Source: Bacteroidota bacterium
Lineage (GTDB): Bacteria; Bacteroidota; Bacteroidia; B-17B0; Aurantibacillaceae
NCBI GenBank assembly: GCA_018267655.1
Contig: JAFDYB010000100.1
Coordinates: 7,999 to 71,998, forward strand
DNA length: 64,000 nt
Direction: 5' to 3'
The notes under the pieces are model-generated. The model saw only the letters and a program-made list of their open reading frames with translations. It was not told the DNA's origin and did not search any database. Below, piece after piece: positions 29,362 through 39,389 of this stretch. The position numbers were made by a program, and so were the translations under genes. Each line of letters opens with the position of its first letter. Position 1 is the first letter of the stretch.

Positions 29362-30861
29362 TTGAGCGCTCAGGTTTATACTAAAAAAGATGAAAAAATT
29401 ACTCTAAAGCATTTATATGTAATTATTTTCATTGCAATTTCCATCAGTTCTTTAGCGCAAAGCAACGAAAATATTAGCTCTAAGGAAGAAGCAAAGAAAC
29501 AATTAAGATCTAAACAAATAATGATGGCGTCGCTAGGTATTTTTCAAGGACCGGCTGGTTTTTTAACTAACAATGCCGCATCTCAATACAGGAGTTATTG
29601 GTACCACGACAGTTATTTTATTTTAGGTGTAGGGCAAGGCAAAGCGCTGCAAAAAAGTGCATACTACTCCAATTCATTCGATACAATTTCTTATAGTGAT
29701 TTTAGCATTGGAGCTAATTTTAATTTTAAAAAATTAAATATTGGCCGAAGATTGTGGGACATTAACGGTGCCATGCTCACGCCACTATTAGGCGTAGCAG
29801 CTAATAATTTAACGTATAACTCAAATTCGTACTGGGGCTTAAAAATTATACCAGCCATTAGTTTTCAATTACCATACCTTGCATTAGAAGCTCGATTAAA
29901 CATTGATTACAGACCCAATGCAACAGGTAATTTAAAAACAACCTCGTTTTATCCTGAAATAGGCATTCGCTTAGATGGTTTATATAATGTTTTCGATCCT
30001 GAATTAGTTTTAAACGGGCATTATGAAGGAAGTGAAATTAGAAAAACAGAATCCTATTACACAATGTACGAAAAAGACCCCTACGACAGTAGAAATACGG
30101 TTGAAGTAAGAGTGCATGAAACAAAATACTGGCAAGAAAATTATAATTTTGATGCCTATGCACGTAACGTTGGTCCATTTGTAGCCATTGGCCCGCGGTT
30201 TACCTTTAACAACCTTGCATATTGTGGAGCTAGCAGAATGTACGGTATAGGCTATTACGCTCGTATGCCAATGTTTGGAGCAGATGCATTTGCAGACTAT
30301 GGGAAGTTAGGATTTGCGTCTTCATTTAAAACCACCCAAAGTATTTCAAATGCAGCACCTGGCGTTGCCGAGTCTGACTTAAACAAAAAAGATTTTAAAT
30401 TTACCGGCACATATAGCGCAACACGTTTAGGATTACGCGTAGGCATAGATCTTATAGAAGCGCTTATGAAAGCAAAGTATAGATACCACAGTAGTGATGC
30501 CGGCACTAATGCTACAAAATTTACAAGATTGCAAGTTGGGTTTGGAGGCGGTTATACATTTATTAATAACACTACCTTTGATAAATCCTACGCAACACAT
30601 TATAAAGATTCATTAATAAGTTCAAATTACCAGTATTTAAACTCTGCCTACAATGACGCCAGGTACTCTGAAAACACTTCATTTATAACTTGGTTTGCCA
30701 GCCTAGAGGTTGGTGCAGTACAACTCAGTTGGGAGTGGTATAGGTATAAATACGCCCCACTTGCAAACTGCCATACATTTACGTTAGCATATATGTTACC
30801 ATACAACCGCTTAGCAAAAAAATATAAAGCCTTACGCTTATTAAAGAAAAATGCATATTAA
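29362..30861 (+). CDS. Hypothetical secreted protein, putative outer-membrane beta-barrel
   Basis: 499 aa with a signal peptide ending SISSLAQS. Y/G/N/S-rich with alternating hydrophobic patterns and a C-terminal aromatic residue. No family recognised. Confidence 0.4.
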   Translation: MSAQVYTKKDEKITLKHLYVIIFIAISISSLAQSNENISSKEEAKKQLRSKQIMMASLGIFQGPAGFLTNNAASQYRSYWYHDSYFILGVGQGKALQKSAYYSNSFDTISYSDFSIGANFNFKKLNIGRRLWDINGAMLTPLLGVAANNLTYNSNSYWGLKIIPAISFQLPYLALEARLNIDYRPNATGNLKTTSFYPEIGIRLDGLYNVFDPELVLNGHYEGSEIRKTESYYTMYEKDPYDSRNTVEVRVHETKYWQENYNFDAYARNVGPFVAIGPRFTFNNLAYCGASRMYGIGYYARMPMFGADAFADYGKLGFASSFKTTQSISNAAPGVAESDLNKKDFKFTGTYSATRLGLRVGIDLIEALMKAKYRYHSSDAGTNATKFTRLQVGFGGGYTFINNTTFDKSYATHYKDSLISSNYQYLNSAYNDARYSENTSFITWFASLEVGAVQLSWEWYRYKYAPLANCHTFTLAYMLPYNRLAKKYKALRLLKKNAY

Positions 30862-31741
30862 TTGTCGCTATAAAATAATTTTAATACTTGTGCTTATTTT
30901 AAATAATAATAAAGCCCAAAATAAAAACAATCAGCCTAAGCTCGATACTTATGATTTTGCATTTAATATCGGAATTACACAAGGTGTTGACCCGCTGTTA
31001 AACTACGGAAGAGAAGATTTTATGGCAACGCACTCGGGTGTAATTGCAGGCTTATATTACAAACGAGTTGGTCTTACTTACGAAGGCCTTTTTTTAAACA
31101 AATTGGTAAGTGAAGATATGATTTCACCTTCAATATACAGCCCTACTTACAAAATTATTTATGGGCGAGGTATTGGCATATCGCTTGGGTATAGTGAAAA
31201 CACATGGGCGAGCAGCTATTACAGCAGTGGTTATCAAGACGCTCAAACACATGCCTTAGACTCAAAAGGAAGTAATCATGTTTTAAATGGACTAATTACC
31301 TACAAAGCTCCTAGCTTTATCTTAGGCTATCAGTTTAATTTATTTGACCCTATAAAAAACAAAAAATTTAATATTGCTCTTGATGAGTATGATAAAAAAC
31401 ATCAATCAAAATTGCTCCCTGCCATGATGTTTAGCGGTTCTATTGATTTGTATTATGCACCCAGTCTTTATACTGATTCAACTACATTGTTTTCGCACTA
31501 CGGGATGTTTGTTCCCGAAAAATTAAAAGTATATGCTCCAATGAATTATAGGCATTGGGGCATTATGCTTAAAGCTGTTGTTTCTCTGCCTTACTTAATT
31601 GGATTTAATATGGGGGTAGGTTTTAAGCCTGGCATCTATCCTAAAAAAGAAAATGTTACAATTGATGTAAATATTACAGGCGGAATTGTGCTAATGTTGA
31701 ATAGAGTTAAACCAAAAATGAAACCAAATGAAACTAATTAG
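30851..31741 (+). CDS. Hypothetical secreted protein, putative outer-membrane beta-barrel
   Basis: 296 aa with a signal peptide ending NNNKAQ. Overlaps the upstream ORF by 11 nt. No family recognised. Confidence 0.4.
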   Translation: MHINCRYKIILILVLILNNNKAQNKNNQPKLDTYDFAFNIGITQGVDPLLNYGREDFMATHSGVIAGLYYKRVGLTYEGLFLNKLVSEDMISPSIYSPTYKIIYGRGIGISLGYSENTWASSYYSSGYQDAQTHALDSKGSNHVLNGLITYKAPSFILGYQFNLFDPIKNKKFNIALDEYDKKHQSKLLPAMMFSGSIDLYYAPSLYTDSTTLFSHYGMFVPEKLKVYAPMNYRHWGIMLKAVVSLPYLIGFNMGVGFKPGIYPKKENVTIDVNITGGIVLMLNRVKPKMKPNETN

Positions 31742-32477
31742 TAGCTTGCTAGGGCTGTTACTCATATTTTCATGCACAAAAAGCAGAGCGGTGTATGAAG
31801 AAGATAACTTTGTCCCCATACACCAAACGGTAACTGTAACAAACACCATATTTTCTTCTCTTAATATTTCTGAATATATTGCCTCATCAGCAACAACCAC
31901 CGGCACTGTTTATTCATTAGCAACATATTCAGTAACTAATTCAGGGGCGCAATCAACACTCACAATAAATTACGGCAACTCCAGTAAAACTTATCCAGAC
32001 AGGCGAAATAGAAAAGGCAATATTGTTTTTTATTATAGCACACCATTTTTACCCTCAACACAAACCTGCACTTTACAATTACTAAACTTTGTTGTAAATG
32101 CCTACACTTTTAACGGTAATATTATTGTGAATACTTCTCCATCTACAAGTTATAGCAATACTAACAATTACAACATTAACAGCACTGATTTAAAAATTAG
32201 TGGCGAAGGTTATACTAACGTTTCTTTAAACATGAGCTTTTCAATTGCTAAACGCTTACTTGCTTACTACTTAAAAGGGAGTGTAAGCTCAAATAATTTT
32301 AACAGCAGCATTAACGATAGCTTAATGTGGGGAAGTAATTTTTTTACTAAAGGATTTATGAAAGTTAACGCAAAACAATTATTTAATTTAAACTACGGAA
32401 ATGGCGCAGGCGACAGTATAGCTGTTGTTACAGGCAACGACACAAGGCGGTATTACTTAAATTTAAATAACTATTAA
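31728..32477 (+). CDS. Hypothetical lipoprotein
   Basis: 249 aa with lipobox LLLIFSC. Overlaps the upstream ORF by 14 nt. S/T/N-rich with no family recognised. Confidence 0.45.
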   Translation: MKLISSLLGLLLIFSCTKSRAVYEEDNFVPIHQTVTVTNTIFSSLNISEYIASSATTTGTVYSLATYSVTNSGAQSTLTINYGNSSKTYPDRRNRKGNIVFYYSTPFLPSTQTCTLQLLNFVVNAYTFNGNIIVNTSPSTSYSNTNNYNINSTDLKISGEGYTNVSLNMSFSIAKRLLAYYLKGSVSSNNFNSSINDSLMWGSNFFTKGFMKVNAKQLFNLNYGNGAGDSIAVVTGNDTRRYYLNLNNY

Positions 32478-32636
32478 TTTAGTTTTAAAGATAAAAATAC
32501 TCACAATAGAGTATTGTAAAAAACATTCTTCAAACATAATTTTGTGTTATAATTAAAAACATAAAAGCCGTACCAAAATATTGCAGTACAAATAAAATGG
32601 CGCGCATAAACACTTACAAAATAAAAAAACCTACGT

Positions 32637-33533
32637 ATGAAAAAACTGTTCTTAACACTCTTCTTTTTTAACACTTTACTTTTATTAGCACAACCCGAAT
32701 TTGACGGACAGTACTTAAGGGTTGGCAGAGGTCTTGGAATATCGAGCTTTAATAACGCATACACCATTACAGACCTTTCTGTGCCAACATTGCCAAGGTC
32801 TTATATCATTAGTGGCGATCGTATAAATAATGGGTTTTGGGATATTACATACGGAAATTTCACTGATTATATGTTGTATGAAATACAAGGAGACGGCACA
32901 TTTAATAGCTTTTTAAACCTTGTAACAAACAAAGATTTGCAATATAAACCACTAGTAAACCTTAATAAGCTATATCCTGTAACTAATGGCGGAGCTGCTG
33001 CCGTAAAAGATCTTAACGCTAAAGGCGTTGATAATAATATTATTGATGCCAGCCTTTGTTTTGGAGCACGTTATTTTTACGCCGGAGTTCATTATAATTT
33101 TGGCCAACTAGGTACTTATGGTAATTACGGCAGTGGTAACATGCTCGTGCAAGGAAATTATAAAGGAAGTAGCAATTATACATCGTTATTAGGAATTGGA
33201 GTTCACCATATAAGAAACTATTTTAACCTCTTTAAAGTACATCACACCGTTAATTTTGATTTTAAAGCATTTGGTAACACATTTACCGGAAACTGCATTT
33301 CAACACAGCACACTATTTACTGGGGGAAAGCAGGTTACGGCTTATATCTTACACCATATTTTAAATGGCGCTTTGGAGGTAATGAAGTTATTACTTACGA
33401 TGCTTACCAATACCCAAATTTTACAGGTGTTAAAAGTAGCGTTGCTTTTGGAATAAAAATTGGTATTTATCTTACAAACGGTAAAGAAAGCATCAGTTAT
33501 AGCAGAGGAGGCGGTTCAATAAATGTAAAGTAA
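32637..33533 (+). CDS. Hypothetical secreted protein, putative outer-membrane beta-barrel
   Basis: 298 aa with a signal peptide ending LLLLAQP. G/Y/N-rich with no family recognised. Confidence 0.4.
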   Translation: MKKLFLTLFFFNTLLLLAQPEFDGQYLRVGRGLGISSFNNAYTITDLSVPTLPRSYIISGDRINNGFWDITYGNFTDYMLYEIQGDGTFNSFLNLVTNKDLQYKPLVNLNKLYPVTNGGAAAVKDLNAKGVDNNIIDASLCFGARYFYAGVHYNFGQLGTYGNYGSGNMLVQGNYKGSSNYTSLLGIGVHHIRNYFNLFKVHHTVNFDFKAFGNTFTGNCISTQHTIYWGKAGYGLYLTPYFKWRFGGNEVITYDAYQYPNFTGVKSSVAFGIKIGIYLTNGKESISYSRGGGSINVK

Positions 33534-33837
33534 TTGAATCTTTTTCTAAGTAATAAATTTTATACACTTATAATTTTAAGTATAAAGTAAAAAAAAATAT
33601 AAGTCTACAAGCGTTCATATTATTGGTTAAAATTATTACATTTGTTATAATTGAATGTTTTTGTTTAGCCATTTATAAAAATAGACTAATCAAATTCTTT
33701 CTGTTATTTTTAATTTAGAAAGTATTAATAGAAAAATCAAATATTACAAATACGCATATTTATTCTTTTTCATATTTAATTTTTCAACTAGTGTTGCATA
33801 TTCACAAGTAAAAACAAAAGCTGAATTAATATTAAAT

Positions 33838-34428
33838 GTGAAAGATTGTAGAGACACCTCGCAGCATATTTATTTATCTGAATTAGTCGTTTTTAAAAAC
33901 AATAATTTATTCAAAACAATAAACCCTCAACTTAAAAACACACAATTTTTATCTGAATTAGATACAGGTACTTATATTTTTCAGTACAAAACTATTTTTG
34001 ATACAGAAGAAAAAACAAAACTAAATATTAGCGAAAATAAAAAATATACACTACTCCTTTGTGTTAATTATATTGATTATTCAAAAAACGCATTTACCAC
34101 TTATATTGACCAATTAAAAGAAAACGAAAGTTATTCTATTTCCATTGCTTCTGATGGCTGTTTTCACTCAACAAAAGATTTGATAAAGATTAAAAGAGAA
34201 AAAAATAATTATTATATTAATTGGGGAGAAAAATTAAAAATACTAACCAAGGAAAATGTTCTTGCTATAAAATATTTTGAAATAGAATTAAACCATCTGC
34301 TTAAAGGTTTTTGTACAACTCAAGATACTTATACTATTAGTTACAAAGAAACAAAAAAAATAATTTGCGATGGTAGTTGTAATTGGAAAGGGGCCTACTA
34401 TCTGCACAAACAACTTTTTGAAAAGTAA
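33838..34428 (+). CDS. Hypothetical protein; the N-terminus probably extends upstream
   Basis: 196 aa from the GTG start. The in-frame upstream sequence (open from 33685) encodes a signal-peptide-like KIKYYKYAYLFFFIFNFSTSVAYSQ, with only ATT/ATC available as start codons. Confidence 0.4.
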   Translation: MKDCRDTSQHIYLSELVVFKNNNLFKTINPQLKNTQFLSELDTGTYIFQYKTIFDTEEKTKLNISENKKYTLLLCVNYIDYSKNAFTTYIDQLKENESYSISIASDGCFHSTKDLIKIKREKNNYYINWGEKLKILTKENVLAIKYFEIELNHLLKGFCTTQDTYTISYKETKKIICDGSCNWKGAYYLHKQLFEK

Positions 34429-34438
34429 CAGTAGCCTT

Positions 34439-35860
34439 TTAATTAAAACTAAGTAATCTAATTCCTATCGTAAATGCATTTAATTCAGGACCTTTAACTT
34501 GTTTAAAAAAAGGCATTAGGGCATATTGTGCAAATACGTTTATGCGTCTAAAACCAATACTTGCATAAGCATCTGCTTGAAAAGGATTTAAATTATAATC
34601 ATTTACCCGTAATTTATTAAACTCATCACCATTGTGTTCAATGTTTTGCTTTGTTCTTGCACTTAATAAATATTTTCCCAATACTCCAAACGTAATGTGA
34701 AAATTATTTTTTGAATAAGGCGATGTGTTTATGTTTAAAAGCAAAGGAACGGCCGCATAAATTTGTTTAAACCTATTTTTATTGTAACTATAATAATTTG
34801 TGCTGTCAATTTTGCCCCAAGTGTAACTGCTATCCGGCTTTAATGTAGTTTTATTTTCAAATTTTAAATTATTAAAATGAAATCCTAAGCCTGTAGAAAG
34901 GCTTATGTATTTTTTATACAAATTAAATTTTGACTCAATAATATTCCATTGAAAACTAAAACTGCGGGCATAATCTAACTCCATGTATTTTGAATTGTTT
35001 GGCATTGAGAAATTTTGTTGAGGAGTTGTGTATCCTGAAAACCCCATCCATAAACCCTGCCAGTGTTTTAACGAGTAGGGCGTTTTTCGTTTTTTGCCGG
35101 TAACAGAATCATTATTTTCTTTCTTATAAATTTCTATTTTATATTTTTTAAAATTAAGCGATGTTAACGAAGAGTCTTTTTCAACAGATTCGTTATTGCT
35201 TTCAATTTTCAAGATTTTTCCTATGCCTGAACCGCTTTTATCAACAGTAGCACTTCCTTTAAATTTTATGTTTCCTATGCCTGAATTTAAAACCGATAAG
35301 TAATTATTAACGAAATATTTTGAGTTTGAAGCCCCCGTATTTGAAACAAAGCAAGTGTCTGTAATTAAATCAAATGCGTTAATATTGGCTGCGCCCGAAA
35401 TGTCTGTAATTAACTTATGCGATACGCCCGTTAATTTTATGTTAGCAGCACCCGAAATTTGTAAATTAGTGTAAGCATTTTTTAAATTTGCTTTTATGTT
35501 AGATGCTCCAGATGAATTTATATAAAACTTAGTAGCAGTTATAGTGTCGGCGGTAATAAAATTTACGGCATCGTTGACTGCAATGCTTTCTAACAATTTC
35601 CCGTAAACATCAATTACTTTTATTTTATTGCTTTTGAGATTGATATTTAAGGTATTGTTGCTTACTTCAACCTTAATATTTTCGACATCTGAATTGCCTT
35701 GAATCATAATTTTAGGCTGTGCTGCTGTATGGTAAATAACTTTACCGGCACCTGAAATATTTATTTTTGTGTAATCCAATATTTGTTTTTCGCTAAAGGT
35801 TTGTGCATTTAATGATATTACGCTTATTAAAAGAAATATTCCTAATTTTTTTTTGTTCAT
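34439..35860 (-). CDS. GIN-domain (DUF2807-like beta-helix) protein fused to a C-terminal outer-membrane beta-barrel
   Basis: 473 aa with a signal peptide ending SLNAQ. Repeated SGAGKV / SGASNI / SGAANI / SGIGNIKF strands as in head GIN domains. The C-terminal half is Y/F/N-rich and barrel-like, ending in F. Confidence 0.55.
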   Translation of the reverse strand: MNKKKLGIFLLISVISLNAQTFSEKQILDYTKINISGAGKVIYHTAAQPKIMIQGNSDVENIKVEVSNNTLNINLKSNKIKVIDVYGKLLESIAVNDAVNFITADTITATKFYINSSGASNIKANLKNAYTNLQISGAANIKLTGVSHKLITDISGAANINAFDLITDTCFVSNTGASNSKYFVNNYLSVLNSGIGNIKFKGSATVDKSGSGIGKILKIESNNESVEKDSSLTSLNFKKYKIEIYKKENNDSVTGKKRKTPYSLKHWQGLWMGFSGYTTPQQNFSMPNNSKYMELDYARSFSFQWNIIESKFNLYKKYISLSTGLGFHFNNLKFENKTTLKPDSSYTWGKIDSTNYYSYNKNRFKQIYAAVPLLLNINTSPYSKNNFHITFGVLGKYLLSARTKQNIEHNGDEFNKLRVNDYNLNPFQADAYASIGFRRINVFAQYALMPFFKQVKGPELNAFTIGIRLLSFN

Positions 35861-35916
35861 ATATTTATATTTTGTTTAGGTAAGACGTGTATAGTTTATA
35901 AAAAGTTACAGTTGGC

Positions 35917-36912
35917 TTAATTTTTTGTGACTGAAAATTGACCTAATGTTATTTCACTTTCGTTTTTATTAACGTTTACGCCTGTTACATTAAGTTTATT
36001 TAATTTTTTAATGGTTGTTGTTAAAAAAATCCATAGCTTACCTCTATCTTTTTTCGGCATTTCTTCTTTTTCAATTTCATACGCAACTATGTTTTCTTTA
36101 AAATTATCGCTTAATTCATTATTATTAGTTGCTATTTGTTTATCACTACTATTGGTTTTTATAGTGTCAGTTGCCACTATCATGTTGTCTAATTTATTAG
36201 CATTTAATTTAATTAAATTATTTGAGTCGATTTTAATAACAGTATTTTTATTTTGCGGTATGTTTTTTTCATTACGCTTTTTTATAAATTGATTTTTTAA
36301 ATTGCTAATGCGTTCTGTTTTATGAGTAATACTGCCTTGTGCTTTTAATTTTTTTAAATTATAATTATTATATCTTTTGTTGCTAGCCATATCAAAATAT
36401 TTTTTAGTAGTATTTTTTACAATTGTTTTTTGATTATGCGCTTTATAATTCCAAAAAACAGCTAAGCTTAATGTTATTAATAAAATAGCAGCAATGCGTA
36501 ATACATTTTTATAAGTGAATAAAAACAATAATTTATTTTTCTTTAATAATTCTTTTTCGGTAAAAACAATTGACTTATCCGGTGCTATTTTGCAGGCCTT
36601 TAAGTATTTAACTTCTAATGAAAATATTTTGTTTTCTGCCTCAAGTTTTTTAGCTCTTAGCAACTCATCTTTTTTCAAATTTCCTTCAACATATTCAATG
36701 GCAAAAGAATTGTTATAATTTACTTTTATACTTTCTTTTTGAGTAAAATTATTTTTTTCGGTAGTTGTAATAAGCGGTAAATCTGTTGGATGCTCAATAG
36801 AAGGGTTATTTTTAAAAAACACCTTTAATTCGTTTTGTCCCTCTTCGTTTAAATTCCCATCGAGGTAATCAATAATAAAGGCTTCGTAATTATTAATTGT
36901 TATCTTGTTCAT
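35917..36912 (-). CDS. Putative anti-sigma factor (single-pass membrane protein)
   Basis: 331 aa with a 4-nt overlap with the ECF sigma gene. N-terminus (YEAFIIDYLDGNLNEEGQNELKVFFKNNP) resembles Bacteroidota anti-sigma N-termini. One TM helix (IAAILLITLSLAVFW). Confidence 0.45.
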   Translation of the reverse strand: MNKITINNYEAFIIDYLDGNLNEEGQNELKVFFKNNPSIEHPTDLPLITTTEKNNFTQKESIKVNYNNSFAIEYVEGNLKKDELLRAKKLEAENKIFSLEVKYLKACKIAPDKSIVFTEKELLKKNKLLFLFTYKNVLRIAAILLITLSLAVFWNYKAHNQKTIVKNTTKKYFDMASNKRYNNYNLKKLKAQGSITHKTERISNLKNQFIKKRNEKNIPQNKNTVIKIDSNNLIKLNANKLDNMIVATDTIKTNSSDKQIATNNNELSDNFKENIVAYEIEKEEMPKKDRGKLWIFLTTTIKKLNKLNVTGVNVNKNESEITLGQFSVTKN

Positions 36913-37394
36913 ACTTCAACCTCCATTTCAATTAATATTTTTTTTAATGATTGTCTTGCTCTAAAAATATAAACCTTTACTTGGCTTTCATTTAAATTAG
37001 TTATTTTAGCTATTTCATCATAATGATAGCCTTCGTAATCACGCAATAACACAAGTGTTTTTTGAATTTCAGGGAGTTTTTCAAGGGCTATATTGAGTAC
37101 ATTTTTTAAATTATTATCAAAATTTGGTTTTTGCAAGAGTTCAATGGGTTCGCTTTTTAGATTCATTAAACGTTTTTCCGCCCTTGTAAAATCAATAAAT
37201 AAATGATAGGCTATAGTAAATAGATATATTTTTGCTTTACTAACGTTTATTTGCTCGTGTTTTATCCAAAGTTTTTCATAACTGTCTTGCACTAAATCCT
37301 TAGCAATGTCTTCACTTTTAGTGCTTTTAAGCATAAAACGATAAAGCCCATCGCTAAATTCATCTACGCATTTATTGTACTCGCTAACATTCAC
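36909..37394 (-). CDS. ECF-family RNA polymerase sigma-70 factor
   Basis: 161 aa with a GTG start. Region 2 (DLVQDSYEKLW...YLFTIAYHLFIDFTR) and region 4 (VLLRDYEGYHYDEIAKITNLNESQVKVYIFRARQSLK). Confidence 0.85.
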   Translation of the reverse strand: MNVSEYNKCVDEFSDGLYRFMLKSTKSEDIAKDLVQDSYEKLWIKHEQINVSKAKIYLFTIAYHLFIDFTRAEKRLMNLKSEPIELLQKPNFDNNLKNVLNIALEKLPEIQKTLVLLRDYEGYHYDEIAKITNLNESQVKVYIFRARQSLKKILIEMEVEV

Positions 37395-37556
37395 TTTTTA
37401 TAAAACGCTTTAACAAGGCTAAAAGTTACACCAAAAAAATAAATTACTAAACTAATTGGGCTTAATAGGCATTTTTAGGCTCAAATCCTTTGAAATGCTT
37501 ATTGTGAGATACTTTTGAAGGCAATCAAAGGTTATGAATAAAAAACTATTTTTATT

Positions 37557-37571
37557 GTGGGGGCAAAATTA
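37557..37571 (-). promoter_or_regulatory. Candidate -7 box TAATTTTG with a C-rich extension (TAATTTTGCCCCCAC)
   Basis: Matches TAnnTTTG about 170 nt upstream of the ECF sigma start. Shares the 11-mer gtgggggcaaa with 9020-9030. Confidence 0.35.
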
Positions 37572-37739
37572 TCAGCAAAAAAGGTTGCCAAAATGAGAAA
37601 CAACGATGCAAATGTGCCCTTTTTTTAAAAAACAACTTTATTCAGATACCCTTTTGAAAAAGTTAGTTTGTATTACCATATTTAAAATCTTTTTTAGCGA
37701 CATACTATTATTATAATTGTTTTGCGCTTCCTCATGTAA

Positions 37740-38591
37740 TCACAACAACAACATCCAAGCTTCTTTTACTTTATTTAATTCAAGTAGCTGTTGTGCGTAA
37801 ATATGTTTTTCTGTTTCACTATTAAACTCGGGTAAAGTAGTTTTAAATTTTTCAATATCCTCTTTGCTTGGCAATTGCTCGATGCTTCCAAGCAAGCCTA
37901 AATTATTTCCGGTTAATATTTTACTTTGTTTTATGTGATTTGGTATAGCATCAAAGCCAACACATATTGTAGTAACTGGTTTTTGTACTTCAAATAAACT
38001 TTCACCCGCAGCGCGACAATACCAGTTATCACCCATGCGTGAAACTAAATCAATTTTTTTAGTATCAATATGTTGTTGTTCGTTTAGCACACTTTTGCTA
38101 ATATGTATTTTTAGTACTTCGCAAATTATTAAATTACCGGCACCGCCTTGTGTACCTAATTCAATAATTTGATTTACTTTGCACTCCATTTGTACAGGAC
38201 TTTCTGCAACTCTAAGAGGTTTTATAATATCAGATGCTATTGGTGTAAAGCCTGTTTTTTCAAATTCGTTAATACCTTTAGGAAAAGGACTACTTGCCAA
38301 ACTTGTTTGATGCACCATGCTGTAATTAACAACATTAATAACACATTCAGGCACTTCTTTTACATTTAGTAAAGTATCTTTTGCCGCCCCTGTTCTTCCG
38401 CTATAAGCGGGTGAAAACACTAATATTGGAGGATTGCTGGAAAAAACATTAAAAAAGCTAAATGGTGCTAAATTAGGATTTCCATTTGCATCTACTGTGC
38501 TAGCAAAACATATTGGACGAGGTGCAACTGCATTTTGTAAATACTTTTGGAGTACTTGAATCGTTAGGTCTTTGGGATTTAAACTCAGCAT
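37740..38591 (-). CDS. Flavin reductase-like FMN-binding protein
   Basis: 283 aa. VAPRPICFASTVDANGNPNLAPFSFFN is typical of the flavin reductase split-barrel domain. Confidence 0.7.
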   Translation of the reverse strand: MLSLNPKDLTIQVLQKYLQNAVAPRPICFASTVDANGNPNLAPFSFFNVFSSNPPILVFSPAYSGRTGAAKDTLLNVKEVPECVINVVNYSMVHQTSLASSPFPKGINEFEKTGFTPIASDIIKPLRVAESPVQMECKVNQIIELGTQGGAGNLIICEVLKIHISKSVLNEQQHIDTKKIDLVSRMGDNWYCRAAGESLFEVQKPVTTICVGFDAIPNHIKQSKILTGNNLGLLGSIEQLPSKEDIEKFKTTLPEFNSETEKHIYAQQLLELNKVKEAWMLLL

Positions 38592-38595
38592 AATA

Positions 38596-39303
38596 TTACA
38601 CTTCTACTAAAGTTCCTACTTTTTCGCCCTCAATAAGAGATAATAAATTGCCTTGCTTGTTCATATCAAAAACAATTATAGGTAATTTGTTTTCTTTACA
38701 AAGTGTAAATGCGGTTAAGTCCATCACTTCAAGCCCCTTTTCATACACCTCTTCAAATTTAATTGTATTGTACTTTGTTGCTGTGCGGTCTTTTTCAGGA
38801 TCAGCGGTATAAATTCCATCTACGCGTGTTCCTTTTAAAATTACGCTTGCTTCAATTTCGATCGCGCGCAATGTAGCAGCAGTGTCGGTAGTAAAATAAG
38901 GGTTTCCAGTTCCTGCGCCAAATATAACTACGCGCCCTTTTTCTAAATGCCTTACGGCTTTTCTTCTAATAAAGGGCTCGCATATTTGTTCCATTTTTAT
39001 AGCGCTTTGTAAACGTGTTTGAACACCAAGTCCTTCTAGAGCTGATTGAATTGCCATGCTATTAATAACAGTAGCTAACATTCCCATATAATCACCGTGA
39101 ACTCTGTCCATTCCTCCTTTTTCTGCTTGAATGCCTCTAAAAATATTGCCTCCACCAATCACTATTGCTATTTGGCAGCCTTTGTTGTAAGCAGATTTAA
39201 TTTCATTTGCGTATTCCATCAGGCGTTTTTGATCAATTCCAAAACCTTTATCTCCCATTAGCGCTTCGCCTGAAAGTTTTAATAAGATACGTTTGTATTT
39301 CAT
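38596..39303 (-). CDS. pyrH: UMP kinase
   Basis: 235 aa with [22 protein letters not shown] and [16 protein letters not shown] motifs. Confidence 0.92.
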   Translation of the reverse strand: MKYKRILLKLSGEALMGDKGFGIDQKRLMEYANEIKSAYNKGCQIAIVIGGGNIFRGIQAEKGGMDRVHGDYMGMLATVINSMAIQSALEGLGVQTRLQSAIKMEQICEPFIRRKAVRHLEKGRVVIFGAGTGNPYFTTDTAATLRAIEIEASVILKGTRVDGIYTADPEKDRTATKYNTIKFEEVYEKGLEVMDLTAFTLCKENKLPIIVFDMNKQGNLLSLIEGEKVGTLVEV

Positions 39304-39350
39304 TATTTAATTTTTATGTTATAAGATTATTTTAATTTAACTGAATAAGC

Positions 39351-39377
39351 AAAAAAAAACCCGACTTAAAAGTCGGG
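39351..39377 (-). terminator. Rho-independent terminator after tsf
   Basis: Stem cccgact / agtcggg (39360-39377) with a 4-nt loop. On the minus strand it is followed by a 9-T run (complement of 39351-39359). Confidence 0.65.
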
Positions 39378-39389
39378 ATTAGTAATTTA

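Noticed and set aside
32501-32767. 88-aa minus-strand ORF spanning the gap before 32637
   Set aside because: It overlaps the start of the plus-strand secreted protein, is K/F-rich and low-complexity, and I saw no promoter or motif support.
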